Assembly: GCA_030390025.1 (NCBI GenBank)
Contig: CM059425.1
Coordinates: forward strand, 153,636,001-153,700,000
Reading direction: 5' to 3'
Source: Squalus acanthias
Taxonomy: Eukaryota
DNA: 64,000 nucleotides
The translations under genes and the position numbers were made by a program. Shown here one piece after another: positions 11,193-24,183 of this stretch (position 1 is its first letter; each line of letters opens with the position of its first letter). Below the pieces are notes generated by a model. That model was not told where the DNA came from, made no database searches, and worked only from the letters and a program-made list of their open reading frames with translations.

Positions 11193-12701
11193 GGGGGAGA
11201 AATTACCCTAATGGGCCATTTGGTGCGCTAAGTCAAAAATGTTTGACAAATTAGCACCAGGTGCTAACCTTTTCAAACATTTGGGGGGGAAAATTCGATT
11301 GGTTAGCGCCTCCCTTTAGCGCCTCCGGGGGGACGCTAACGGGGCGGTAGGAATGTAGTGCCCGAGCACGGCGATTTTAGCGCCGCTCGCGAAATTGACC
11401 AGTCGTTTTGTGGCGGCGGTAGTGTTTAGCCCGCAGATCATGACATCAGTCAAGCGTGCAACGCCCCGGTAGCGCCGCAGACCGGATATTGAGTCGTGCC
11501 CCCTGCCTTAGTGCCTGCCGCTAGGAACGACAGGTAGAGGGGAATGTTTTCAAGTCGGGAAGGGGCTGGGGGAGTGCTATTTAAAGGCGGGCACTTCCTG
11601 CCTTTTCTTGTCGGCAAAATTTTTGGTTTTAATGCTGTCCTAAGGAGTTTTGGCCCTCAGCACCACTTTTGAGGTTCCGAAGCGCCGAGCTCTTTCCCTG
11701 GGCCTATCCATTAGTGCTTCCAACACAATTGCTTTTGAGGTCTCTCCAGGCCGTGATTCAAGGCTACAATGAGCGGGGAGTGGCTGTCCAGCAAGATGGC
11801 CCCGCCTCTTTAAGAACTGGACGGCGCCAGTCTGTCTGGCTTCCATGGTAACTGACATCGCCTGAGCTTCGGTAGCGTTCTGAGGTAGCGCCTCGCTCCC
11901 TGACGTTTGCGCTTTAAGAGAGGTGTGTAGCGCCTGATTTAACGCTCAAATCACCTCCAGGGGGCGATAGAGGCGAATTTTGCAGTCGGAGGCGATAATT
12001 AGCGCCGGGTGCTAAACGTTGCGCCCGGCCGATATTAGCGCCTCAAAATGGGCAATATCGAATTTTTCCTCCTTGAGAAATTCCCATTTTTTGCTCCAAG
12101 AGGGAAGTGGAGCTAAATCAAGCGCTTCACTTGCCTCTTGGAGTGCAAGAGGCGGGGAATGTCCCGATCCGGGGCGATGTGCTCAGCAGTGCCACACGTG
12201 GACACACATGGCGCTGCCGCGTTGCAGGGGCTCTTCCCTCAATTAAAAAGAAGGGTTCCCCGCTGTGAGCTCTGCATTTTGTTTTCGCATCTGCTGGAGC
12301 ACCGGGGTGCGGGAGTGCCGTGTGATCAGCTGGGCTGACCGAGCGCGGCACTCAGCCCACGTCTGGTACTCAGAATTTTTTTTTAAATTGGCGATTTTTT
12401 TCTTGTCGGCCGGCCACCGTGCCTTTAAATGGCGCCCTGCAAGCGGCCGACCTCACTGTTTGCGACCCCTGCAGCAGGCGGTAACATCGCCCGGCGCTGC
12501 TGCGGGGCGCGAGGAGGAATTTTTCACCCGAGGCACTACCGGGTGCTGCGCAGAAGATCGGGGCGATACCCGGTAGCGCTGCCGCTAACCTCCTGCGGAA
12601 TTTCGTGGGAAGCGCGGTTAGCGCCTCGGGGGTTGGGGGGAAGCCATTTGCGCCCCGTTAGCGCCTCCCACTGGAGGCGTAAATGAGGGAATTTTGTCCC
12701 C
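11193..12701. mobile_element. Harbinger MITE (outer), containing a nested MITE
   Basis: Perfect TAA TSD (11190-11192 / 12702-12704); TIRs GGGGGAGAAATT / AATTTTGTCCCC. Confidence 0.9.
11284..12072. mobile_element. Harbinger MITE (inner; family of 4398-5290)
   Basis: TTG TSD; TIRs GGGGGGAAAATTCGAT / ATCGAATTTTTCCTCC; Myb start MDRPRERARRF on -. Confidence 0.9.
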
Positions 12702-12989
12702 TAAATCTTTAACAGGCGACTGATCAACTCGTTCATGCCTGAATTGTTTAATCAACTGCACTACATCTTCAAAACAAAACTGACGTGCCAGTCAAGTGAT
12801 TAACTTGAACTGGAATTCAAACGAAGAAGAAGAAGAAGGAGAAACAAGAGGTTACAAGCCTGGCAGGCTGATCAGTCCAGAGCTTACAGTAGCACAGAAA
12901 TGTAGCAGGCAGCAGACTGAAATGTTCTGACAACTGACCATTGAACAACACCCAAAGTAAGATACCCAAAGGCCTAATAAGTAAATACA

Positions 12990-13130
12990 TGTGGCTGAGC
13001 CTTAAAGACCGAATGGAGCCAGGTTTGTGCTGAGTTAGCTGATCTCAGCAGGGGAAGCAGTTGGAGGTGCTGCAATGCTCTCCGTGCCGTTGGGTTACGG
13101 AGGGTTCCTTCCCCTGATTGCTGCCCACAC
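12990..13130 (+). mobile_element. Old SINE-like fragment
   Basis: TGTGCTGAGTTAGCTGATCTCAGC motif; weakly related pieces at ~42245-42275 (-) and ~43875-43950. Confidence 0.3.
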
Positions 13131-14049
13131 TGGAAGGTGCACAGGTGTGAACTTTGGGTGCGGACATGATCAAGCTTGACTCTGAAGCCTTCCATATAGA
13201 ATAGCTTGGCTGCACTCAATGAGGCAAATGTTGTGAGACCCTTTGCTATCAGCAGGGCCTCGTACACATTAAGTGAGGAGTGCAAAATCATGGTGCATTG
13301 CCTGTGATTTTCTGTCCACACCCCAGCAAGGAGAAGAGAGAGAGAGGAAAAAGGGAAGAAAAATGAGGGGAAATAATTTTTATAAAATAATATTACTGCA
13401 AGCAATGCTTTATTTAACCATGCAGAATTCTCAGCGTGCAACAATAGCCCCTTATATACATCAAAGAGTATGACAGCGGTTGAACAGAGAACAAGTCATT
13501 TGTTTTGTAGACATACTGCTGCTCTGCTCAAAAGGTAATAATCTAAAAAGGTATGTATTGATCTCTCATCCAGCTGCAATCTTGTAAAGGTCACAATGTA
13601 CTTTGCAGTCCTTCTGTGGTTTTATTATTATATACAATACATAGTGTTCCAGTTACCAGCTGCAGGATGAGGTTAGTTTGGGTGAATTGGAAAGGTCTAT
13701 GTGGCAGTAATAACTTTCATTATAGCATTAGAATATCCTTCATTATATTATTTGATGCCACAACCTGCTTTTCTAAAAATTCAGACCAGTTAACATTAAT
13801 TTCAATGCAATTTATTTTAGTAAGTCTCATTAAGAAATGTCTATTTCATCCACATTTATTTTTAGATTAAAGCAGTTGCTGGCAACAACCTGTATTCAAT
13901 ATGTAAATATTTCTGTTTCCTGTTAATTGCATGTTATTAGTGCCACAATTATATTAGCACAAGAATAGCCATGACCTAAAGTTAATCCTTTAATTCATTC
14001 GCAGCTGTCGTACATTGCTTTTATCTTTCTTGCACTTTTCTCTCTTAAC

Positions 14050-14560
14050 TCTCCTCTTCTGGAGGTGGTGATTCATGCTGGGGCAGAGTTCCTTGGTTAC
14101 AAAGGCATTGCAAGTGATCTGGCATATCAGCCATTCATCGAGCCCTTTCCTGTCCTCACATGGAGTACATACACGTACACTTTCCGGCAGAGGTCATTGG
14201 AAAAACATCAGGAGCAGAAACCATGCCTTATTTTGTCCCTTTCCATTCTGGAGATACTGAGGCCAATGTTGTTATCTGTTCAGCACATTCTAAAGTTGCA
14301 GTTCCCTGCTTTCATCGATCTGGAGAAGTTTCTCAATACAGACCTGGTAGGGTGTACAGAACAGTTGTGGCTTCGGGTGTGTTGCATGATTTTGCACTGC
14401 AGAAAAAATTCCTGAAGAGGAAGGTAAGGCAGGAGTGGGCCCACAGCATCCATTGGATCGGCATCAGTGGCTGGGGGACCGGGGAGACTCGAGGAAGTGG
14501 AGTGAGACATATTCCTCAGCAACTAATAACAATTACATTCTTCAATCAATAAATAAAGAG
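14050..14560 (+). pseudogene. Degenerate Harbinger transposase C-terminal (DDE) region
   Basis: FLGYKG resembles LLGDKGY; PCFHRSGEVSQYRPGRVYRTVVASGVLHDFAL resembles RCLDRSGG.LQY.P.RV..I...C..LHNFA; AATAAA at ~14548. The element probably continues to ~15580. Confidence 0.7.
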
Positions 14561-15711
14561 CTGGCCCTCTCTTGCTGCCCTTGCAGTCAACCCAACACTG
14601 TGTCCTTTTACAGACCAACTTTTCCTTATTTTACCTTATCCCCCCTCTCTAACTGAAAGCCCCCGAGGATACTAAAATACAGAATCCAAACGATAAACAG
14701 TCACCTTTCCAAACACTGGACTTTGTAGCACTAATTCCTTTTAATGTGCAGCCAACATGTTCAATGTGTCTTTTTTCCACACCATGCTTTTCTTTGGTTC
14801 TCTCATGCTGTCCATAAATCCATTCTGGTGCTCTGTCTATGCATCACCTGAGGACCAGAGATGCCAGAGGTATTTGACTGCACTTTAATTTCAAGAGCCT
14901 CTTGGGACTCAGGGCTACTGAGTCCCAGAAGGCCCTTGCTACAAGGTGTGTCAACACTGCTGGTGCATGGGCAGCTTGATCCATCTTTTTCCACCTAAAA
15001 AGGCTGACTTGAAAGCTCACATGTGTTGCCACCAGGAGTTAGGGCACCATCATGAAGGCAGAACTTCCGAATGGCCTTCCAAATAGGGACAGAGCTTCTG
15101 GCCACCCCAAACAAGACCATCAGTGTAGGAGGGGCCCGGGGTGGTGCAGGGTCTACCAGGCCAGGGGTTTCTGTGTACCTGGTATGGCGTCGAATCAGCA
15201 GGCTGGTACCCTGAGTGAGATCAGGTTTACTGGCCCACTGAATGGCAGGAATGGGATTCACTTGAGGGTGAAGAGCTGGGTTGTGGCCTCCAACCGGAAG
15301 AGGAGGAAAACTTTTAAGAATTTTGTGACCGAATAGGCAGTTTTTTTTCTTACCGGGGGTCCTAGCCCAGCTGGTGGTGCCAGGATTCCAGGTGATGGAC
15401 ACCCAAGATGAATCCAATTTGATGCAGGTGCCTGCCAGGGCTACTTAATTTAAGGGACCTCCCCAACTTTGGCAAGGTCAGCGTTGGGGGTCCCAGTTGG
15501 TACATCCTGGCATTTGCACTTGGAAGTTGGCCCCGTAGGTTTTCGACCCTGCTATTTCCTAGATAATTTCTTGCTCTGTAAATTAACTAGTTTGTTGTCT
15601 TCCTGGTTCCCACCTCAAGCCCTCTTCATGAAATGTACCTATGAAGTCAGATAAACAACTTGCTTCTATTTCTGCAGCTTGTTTGTAACCATTAACTAAG
15701 AAGAATATCAT

Positions 15712-17066
15712 GGGCTAGAGTTTCAACTTGGGGCACAATCAGCGATCTGGGCGCAAATTGTGCTCAAAGTTGTGTTAGTTTTCTGAATTGAATAATTTGC
15801 TCAAACTCATTTGCATATTGCCGAATGTAAATTCTTCCATGAACTAGCGCAATCAAGCAGCATTTTAGAATCTGTTTTTTTTAAATTTTTCATTAAAAAT
15901 ATTCTTTGATATATTTAAGAGTGGTAACCTGGTGCAGTTTGATTAATACAGCTGAAAATGGGTTTATAAGAAAATAAGAAATAGGAGCAGGAGTAGGCCA
16001 TTTGGCCCCTCGATTCAATAAGATCATGGCTGATCTTCTACCTCATCTCCACTTTCCCGCCCGATCCCCATATCCCTTGATTCCCTTAATATTCAAAAAT
16101 CTATCAATCTCTGTCTTGAATATACTCAATGACTCAGCCTCCACAGCCCTCTGGTGTTGAGAATTCCAAAGATTCACCACCCTCAGTCCTAAATGGCCGA
16201 CTCCTTATTCTGAGACTGTGACCCCTGGTTCTAGACTCCCCAGCCAGGGGAAACATCCTCCCTGCATCTACCCTGTCAAGCCCTGTAAGAATTTTGTATG
16301 TTTCAATGAGATCACCTCTCATTCTTCTAAACTCTGAGTAGACTAGGCCTATATTCTCTAATGTCGCCTCATAGGACAATCCCCCATCCAAGGAATCAGT
16401 CTGTTGAACCTTCATTGCACTCCCTCTATGGCAAGTATATCCTTTCTTCGGTAAGGAGACCAAAACTGTACACTATACTCCAGGTGTGGTCTCACCAGGG
16501 CCCTACATAATTGCAGTAAGACGTCTTTACTCTTATACTCAAATAATCTTGTAATAAAGGCAAACATACCATTTACTTTCCGAATTGCTTGCTGTACCTG
16601 CATGTTAACTTTCAGTGATTCATGTACAAGGGCACCCAGGTCCCTCTGACCACCAACATTTCCCAATCTCTCACCATTTAAAAAATAAGTATTTTAATCA
16701 GTGTCTAGTCCCCCTCCTGTGAGTAACCTGATTTTAAATCACTGAAAATGACTAAAAAACTGTACAGAACCATTTACTAGTTTCATTGGTGCACTCTAGT
16801 CAGTTTCTTAGTAAATTAAAAAAATTAAAAGCTTTAAAATGTGCCTTGCACTTTGTGATTAATTTACCCTGGAGGCGTGGTCAGTTTTGTGGGCGGGGCC
16901 GGCTTCCAGCGCGATGTTTTTTAAACTAGCGCAAAAGATCACGGAAACTCGATTTGCACTGGACGTAATTTGCGCTTCAAAATTCCTCGATCCTTTACGC
17001 TGGATTGGCCGATTTTAGGCGAATTGTGCTGGAAAAACTAGTGCAACCCAGTGGAAACTCTACCCC
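15712..17066. mobile_element. Harbinger MITE interrupted by CR1
   Basis: CAT TSD; TIRs GGGCTAGAGTTTCAACT / AGTGGAAACTCTACCCC; uninterrupted relative at 36862-37293. Confidence 0.85.
15968..16680 (-). mobile_element. CR1 LINE 3' fragment
   Basis: LVRPHLEYSVQFWSPY and RRMRGDLIETYKIL, plus the CR1 tail. Confidence 0.95.
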
Positions 17067-17384
17067 CATAACTTTATCTCCCTTCCTGTAGACATGGACC
17101 AGGCTTCTGCTCTGGGTCATTTCCCTGCCATTGGGAATTCAGTGGGTCTGGAATTCACAGATATGATCCTGTATCCTACTATATTGGAGTACTCTGTATT
17201 GGAGCACCGTCATGCTTTGATTCCCACACGGTTTAATAGGGTAACAGTTACCAATTATGCAACTCTTGAACTAGAATTCAGTAGAATGAACTAGAAAGGT
17301 AGGCTTGTTACAGAAATTGACAATTTCTGCGTACTCCGAACTCAGGGAACTCAGAAATAATATTAATAATTATTTGTGTCAACT

Positions 17385-17803
17385 GTGTCAGCCGTGGCTC
17401 AGTGGGTAGCACTCTCGTTTCTGGGTCAGAAGGTTGTGGCTTCAAGTCCCACTCCAGGGACTTGAGCACAAAATCTAGGCTGACACTCCAGAGTCTGCAC
17501 TGTCTTTCAAATGAGACGTTAAAACCGAGTCCTCATCTGCCATCTTAGGTGGACGTAAAAGATCCCATGGCAGAGTTATCCCCAGTGTCCTGGCCAGTAT
17601 TTATCCCTCAACCAACATCACTAAAACAGATTATCCGGTCATTATCACATAGCTTTTTGTGGGAGCTTGCTGTGTGCAAATTGGCTGCTGCATTTCCTAC
17701 ATTACAATAGTAACTACAATTCAAAACTACTTCATTGGCTGTAAAGTGCTTTGGGACGTCCTGAGGTCGGTCATGAAAGGTGCTAGATAAATGCAAGTCT
17801 TTC
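17385..17803 (+). mobile_element. tRNA-derived Deu-domain SINE (SacSINE1-like), near full length
   Basis: A box TGGCTCAGTGG; B box-like CTTCAAGTCCC; Deu core GGTGGACGTAAAAGATCCCATGGCA; L2-type tail GGTGCTAGATAAATGCAAGTC. Confidence 0.85.
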
Positions 17804-18407
17804 CTTTTTCCTCCTTTTTGAGCGATATTGCAAAGGCTTAAGATAAGAGCATAAAGTTAATTCCCTGACCCTGCACTACCAGCAGGAAGCTGCATTCACA
17901 GGGAGCAGAGTCAGAGAATTGGGCCCATAATGTTGTAGCTCGATCTCAGGCTCTCTGTGTGACCAGCAGAACCCTGTTGAATTTCAGCTCGCTTATCTCT
18001 AGTGTCACTCAAGCTTTGCTACTTTTTAACCTGTGCTCTACAGTTCTACCCTCACAGATCTGGGTGAATCTACTAATCCAGACAACAGCTAATGTCATAC
18101 AATAAAGATGATAGAACAGATTCCGATTAGGATTAAAAAAGAATTTGGATAGAAGTATGGCATCAAAGCAGATCAACGTTAATAAAGTCTGAGTAGATCG
18201 GTTTTAGATAGTGCATTCACTCCAGGTTTACTCCTGAATTAATTTGCATTGGCCCTATATTAACCATCCAGGTTTATACCTAAAATGGTGCTCTGGCATT
18301 GATTCCTGACAATACATATGTCTGTAAGAGCAGTATATATATGGGATGCTTGTGTTCCATTTTCCAAAGATGAATTAGCTTTTTTGGTATTGATGTGGAG
18401 AGTTTGT

Positions 18408-19186
18408 GGCCCGATATTTACGGGGAGGCGGGAGGGAGCGGAGGAAGGGGGGTGTTGTAGCAGCCGGGAATCCCGGAAATGCAGGTAACGCGGAGGTCCT
18501 GACGAATTTAACAGCAGGAGCACATTTGAAATTTTTTTATCCGAATCACGGCTGGCAGCAGGCCAGATTAAGAGGCTGACTGGCTGTCAGGCGGGAAGGC
18601 CAGCGCTGAAAGGCTGCAGCCGGGGAGTGAAGAGGAGGAAGGGAGGGAGAGATCGGGGGGGAGGTGGGATGGGTGGACGGAAGACATCGCAGAGTGGATA
18701 TTTTGTAAGTTGAGGGGTTGAAGTGATCGCGATGGGTGAAGACATTGAGGGGGGAGATTGTGGGTCGGGAGGGATCGTGGAGGACGGCGGACCGCGGGGA
18801 GGGAAGCAGATAAGTTTGAAGGGCTGGGGGGAAGCACTTCTGCTCCTCCTGGCCCACAAGCGGTGATGGAAAGGCATTTATCTGCTGGATTCAGCCTTCC
18901 TCACCTCCTTTCAGCCGCCAGGTTTCCCGCACCCTGGGAAACCCAGTCTGCAGCTGTTAAATCTAAATGGCTGCTAAAATCTGAGGCACACAGCCTCATT
19001 AACATATTTAAATTACGGACCTGCCTCTCGAGAGCGGGTTACTTGCTCGCCCCTCAGCCCGTCTCCGTTAAAACCGGAAGTGGCACGTTCAAGGTGGGTT
19101 GGGGTTGGGTTACAGATTTTTGAAATTTTAACCTCCCCCCCACTCCCATCCTCTCCCGCCTGTCATAGGGGATTAAAATTCCCCCC
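18408..19186. mobile_element. Harbinger MITE (family of 5634-6408)
   Basis: Ends GGCCCGATATTTA / TTAAAATTCCCCCC; colinear with 5634-6408. Confidence 0.85.
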
Positions 19187-19659
19187 ACATGTCTCAATTG
19201 ATCCAATATTGCTTCATATTTTCCATATAGTTGGAGCTTTGTGCTTATTCTCCTTTACTACTAATTTAGTCATATTTGGATACAAAATTGCAGTGACTAC
19301 AGTGCTCAAGTAATAATCAGACTGCTGTGGGAATTATTTATTATTGTTGCTGAGGATCCGTAACTAATAAACTGCTATGCCATGCTTTTTGATAAGATTG
19401 ACCAAAGTCAGGTCAACAGCGTGGTAAAAGCATATTGACAGTGTTTCATAGTTCAGTGGATAATATTAATGCGATTTTGCTGTTATATTGAAAATGCTAG
19501 AGCAAGCTTAAGGGTTATCAGAAATTGGAGAAGGTGCCAAATATAAATCATTACTATCGTTGAAATATTGTATTGTGGTTGGGTATAATTTAAATATTTG
19601 AGTAGAGGTAATAGAAATTGTAGCCTGCGGTATCATGTCTCTAGCAGCATTACGGATGT

Positions 19660-19872
19660 TGGCCAGGACACCGGGAGAACTCTTTGCCCTGCTTCAAATA
19701 GTGTCACGGGCTATTTTATATCCAACTGAACAGGCAGATGGGACTTTGGATTTAACTGGGCAATTTAAACCGATGGGATGGGTTCAGCCACCTGTTTTAC
19801 ACCCCGCCTGATTTCACTTTCTACTGAAGTCACTGGAAAGTATATTACCCCCAGTGTCTCATCTGAAGGGCA
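19660..19872 (-). mobile_element. Deu-SINE core fragment interrupted by a ~95-bp mini-MITE (~19757-19853)
   Basis: Reverse complement of the Deu core resumes as GTCTCATCTGAAGGGCAG after the insert. Confidence 0.5.
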
Positions 19873-22309
19873 GATTTTAACTGTAAAATGCACTTTAACT
19901 ATCAAATGCGCAGAAACAACACACAAAATGTTGACATACTTGAAGAATCTGGAGAAACTGCGCAGCTCAATTCATGAAGAAAACCTTTATTAAATAACTG
20001 TTAGATACATGGGAAAGAGTGAATCTAGTTATTAGGCCAGTTATTTGTGGACTGGTTGAGCCAAGACCTTTGTTGTCTGTGTCCTAGATTTTAAAACGAA
20101 GGAACTCATACTCAATAGGGCACACACTGAAGTTAATCTTTGCTTTGCAGGTAGGAGCTTCAATTTACTGCAAACTGTCTGCGGAGCTCCTTTACTGGTG
20201 AAATGAATTTGATCTTATGTAAAAAAAAAAAAGGCAATTCTTTCCTAACTAATTTCAGTGAGGTCACTTAGTGCTTCCAACACAGAAAGAGAAAATCATT
20301 AATTTCTCTACTAGACTAAAGCAGTTAGACACAGCAATTGTAACCACTTAAAATGAAATAATAGCAAGCGAAAATAATACAGCGCTGAGGAACAAACTGC
20401 TAGGGGTACATCTTTTCCATTCAGATTTTAATTCATTTACATTTCTGGAAAATTACTCTCAACCAGAAGCAAGCGTTGAATGAAATTGAAAAACTTTCTG
20501 TCTCTCTGCAGTTTCAACTATTTTTAACCACTTTACTGGCATTTTTCTATAAAGGTCTAGTGGAAAGCAATTTAAGAAAATCCTACTTTTCCAGCATCAC
20601 TTGAAAGCTCCCCAAAAATATGAAAAATGATGGCTTGTTATGACATATGAGAGAGAGATAGCTCAAAATTAATAGTTTCATTTTAAATGTCAAAATGTAC
20701 TCTGTTACTGTCACAGGGCTAGAAGACACAAATCTGAAGTTAACATGCCTCACTAAAGCCAGAGTGAAAGAATTTCTTTGATAGAATACCGGTAGAAACA
20801 AATACTACTCTGTCAATTATTATCTTTAAAAAGAGCTGCATAAATATCTGATTAACAGGATTAATGGTCATAAGAATTAGTATGAATAAAGATGATCAAA
20901 GTAATACGATAGTTCCTGAGCTGCTGAGAGTATGGAAATATCATTCCAAAGATAGAATCATAAAAACGTACAGCACAGAAAGAGGCCATTCAGCCCATCT
21001 TACCTGTGCTGGCTCTTTGAAAGAGCAGTTGTGCTCAGTCCCACATCCTTGCTTTTTGTCCGTAACCCTCATCCTCGAGTACCTGTCAAACTCCCTTTTA
21101 AATTATATATGGAATCCCAGATCCCGACAACTCTCCGAGTGAAAAAATTCTCCTCATCTCCTCTCTAGATCTTTTGCCAATAATTTTAAATCTATGACCT
21201 CTGGTTATTGACCCACTCGCCAGAGGGAGTAATTTATCTCTATCTACTCTATCAAAACCTCTCATCATCTTGAAAACCTCTATTAGGTCACCTCTTAACC
21301 TTTTCTGTTCCAGGAGAACAGTCCTAACTTTTCCAACCTCTCCTCATAATTGAAGTCCCTCATCGCTGGTAACATCCTGGTAAACCTCCTCTGTACCCTT
21401 TCTAAGGCCGTTACATCTTTCCTGAAGTGTGGTGCCCAGAATTGTCTACAATACTCCAGCTGAGGCCTAACCAGTGATTTATAAAGTTCTAGCATGATCT
21501 CTTTGCTTTTGTACTCTGTTCCTCTATTTATAAACCCAAGTAACCCATATGCTTTTTAACCACCTTATCAACTTGCCCTGCCAACTTTAAGGATTTGTTT
21601 TTATGAACATCAAGGTCTCTCTGTTCATCTACACTTTTCAAAATCATGCCATTTATATTATACTGCCTTTCCATATTAGTCTTCCTAAAGTGTATCACGG
21701 TACACTTCTCCGCATTGTTACCTTTAAATCATCCACATCCTTTGTGAAGACAGATGCAAAGTACTCATTAATACTTTAGCCATGTCCTCTGCTTCTACAT
21801 GAAGATTTCCCTTTGGGTCCGTAATAGGCCCAACTTTTTCCCAAGCTATCCGCTTACACTTTTGTTTATAAAATGTTTTAGGGTTCATTTTAATGTTGCC
21901 TGCTAATCTTTTCTCGTAACCTCTCTTTGCCTCCTGTGTTAATTTTTTCAATTCCCTCCTGTACTTTCCATAATCTTCCTAGTTATTAACTGAATCTTGC
22001 TCCTGACATTTGTCATAAGCCTTCGTTTTCTGTTTTATTTTAACTTTTATTGCCTTTGTCATCCAGGGCGCATTAACTGTGGATGCTCTACCATTTCCCG
22101 TTGAAGGAATATGCCTAGTTTGTACCTGAACTATCTCTTCCCTGAATGCCCTCCATTGCTCCATTACTGCTTTACCCTGCAAGCTCCTTTTCCAATATAC
22201 CTGTGCTAGGTCCCTTGTTACATTTAACAAATCCATTCTGGTTCTCCTTGATTCCCTTTGGGTCCTTAATAGGCCCAACATTTTCTCTAGTAAACCACTT
22301 ACACTTTAT

Positions 22310-24183
22310 GGCCTAGAAATTCAAGACAGCTGGAAACCTGCCGGTGGCACCATGGGCCTCAGTTAATGGTCATTGAAATTTGTAGCGCAGGCAGCACCGG
22401 TAAATTGGTGCTGCTTGGTAATTAACATTAGCGCAGCGCTAAACACACTGTGTAAGACTGGTTCTCCTGGCAGTAGTCTCAGGAGGAGGCCCAATGTAGC
22501 GTGGCCGTAGCATCATTGCCGCAAGAACAGCGTTTTCTTAAAGTAAGACTGTCATTTTAGAAAGCAGTGCGGTCCCTTAAAGGGGAACTGCCTTCTAAAA
22601 TGAAAACAATAAAAATCATTTAAAAATAGGCAATTTTTAGCCCTTAGAGCTCAACTGCCTTCTGAAAAAAAATTAACATTAAAAAGAAGTCCCAAATGGC
22701 AGTCTTCAGCTCTTAAAGCTTAATTGCCTTCTGCATCTCAAAAAATGGGAAAAGTGCTTCATCACCAACACAAATGGCTCAGCAAGCCAGGTAAGGGCAC
22801 CCAGAGTCTCGGACGCAGCACTCCAGCTTTGTGCAGGGGGTCAACACTGCAAGAGAGGTCCTCTACCCACAGGGGCCATGAAGCCCTCCAGAAAGAACGA
22901 TGTGGGACCAGATCACCGAGGCCATCACTGCCAGCCGTGTCACCCCCACAACCTGGCTCCAGTGCCCAAAGAAGCTTCATGACCTCAGACTAGTGGTCAA
23001 GGTCAGTGAACACATCTTCAAAAGCCGTCTCCTACCAACTGCATCACTAGCCTCCCACACTGCTCAATGCACGACTGCCACCCCGCGCCCCCCCCACCCC
23101 CATCACTCACCTACCAACAATCTGTACCAAACATGAGGCACACCTCCCATTCCTAGCTTCACCTCACCCCCTTGGAGGAGATGGTGCTGGCCATTCTTGG
23201 CAGGGGCATGGCTGAGTCCTTGGCCAGCGGCGGGGATGAAAAGATACAAAATGTTTGTATCCTCATACGTTATCCTCTTTCTGGCATGCACATCTTACTT
23301 TCCTGCCCTCCCCTCACCACAACTCCACCCTTGTACCTTCCTCATTTCACACATGCAAGAAATGCAGCCTGCCCAGCCAGTGGTTGACTAAGAAGAGGGA
23401 GAGGAGAGTGAAGAAGAAGAAGAAATATTGTTACTTGATTTCACACTCCCAGCCACCAGCTCCTCAAGGTCAACCTGCAAGGCCATTTGCAGTATCCTCC
23501 ACTGAAAGTCAGCAGCCTTCCACCAGCCAAGCTGCAGCCACTGGAGCAGAACTGCGTGATATCACTAGGATAAGCAAAGACACACACAAGGCAATCACTA
23601 AGAGAATGCATAAGGGCGATTAGTTGATTTCTTGATGTCATATTGGATGGATAGTTGTATGAAGTTGGATTGGAAAGTTTGATTTGTGCTGGCTTTTATT
23701 TCAGCATTGTGGCCAAGAGGACACTGTGATGGTCAGTAACAGAGGGAAGGTAAGGTGTGGGACTAATGTTGAAAGGGAAATTGGGATTGGGGTCACTGGT
23801 ACCGCAGGCAGATGATTCCATCCCGGATATCCCGGCCAGAAAGGGGCTTGCTGTGTTGCCTCCTTCCTTCTGCTTCCTCCTCTTTTGTGTCTTCCTCTTC
23901 TGTGTCTTCCTCTTCCCTCTGTGAGCAGATGCTTGAAATCTGAAATAAAAGCAGAAAATGCTGGAAATATTCAGCAGGTCAGGCAGCATGTCGACCTGAG
24001 ACGTGAACTCTGTTTCTCTCTCCATGGATGCTGCCTGACCTGCTGAGTATTTCCATCATTTTCTGTCTTCTCAGAGGCCTTCCTTCACCATCCAAAGCCT
24101 TGCAAGCATCCAGCAGCATTCCCAGCACTCACTGTACATTTTAAAAACGTTTAACATGTATTGCACCAAGCCACTACTTCAAT
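22310..24183. mobile_element. Harbinger derivative, inverted copy of ~128-1986
   Basis: TIR GGCCTAGAAATTC; Myb exon on + (22774-23001, donor GTCAGT); same Penelope hairpin at 23952-24066; other end missing. Confidence 0.9.

Noticed and set aside
13990-14522. Minus-strand Cys-containing frame punctuated by several TGA codons, suggesting selenoprotein P-like readthrough
   Set aside because: The frame also hits TAA, does not resemble the SelP C-terminus, and the + strand is explained by a decayed Harbinger transposase.
17070-17294. Acceptor-like site followed by a 66-aa ORF
   Set aside because: No recognisable protein in any frame and no clear donor; left uncalled.
17385-17460. tRNA gene (also 62780-62865)
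   Set aside because: The A/B boxes continue into SINE bodies, with no convincing cloverleaf or terminator.
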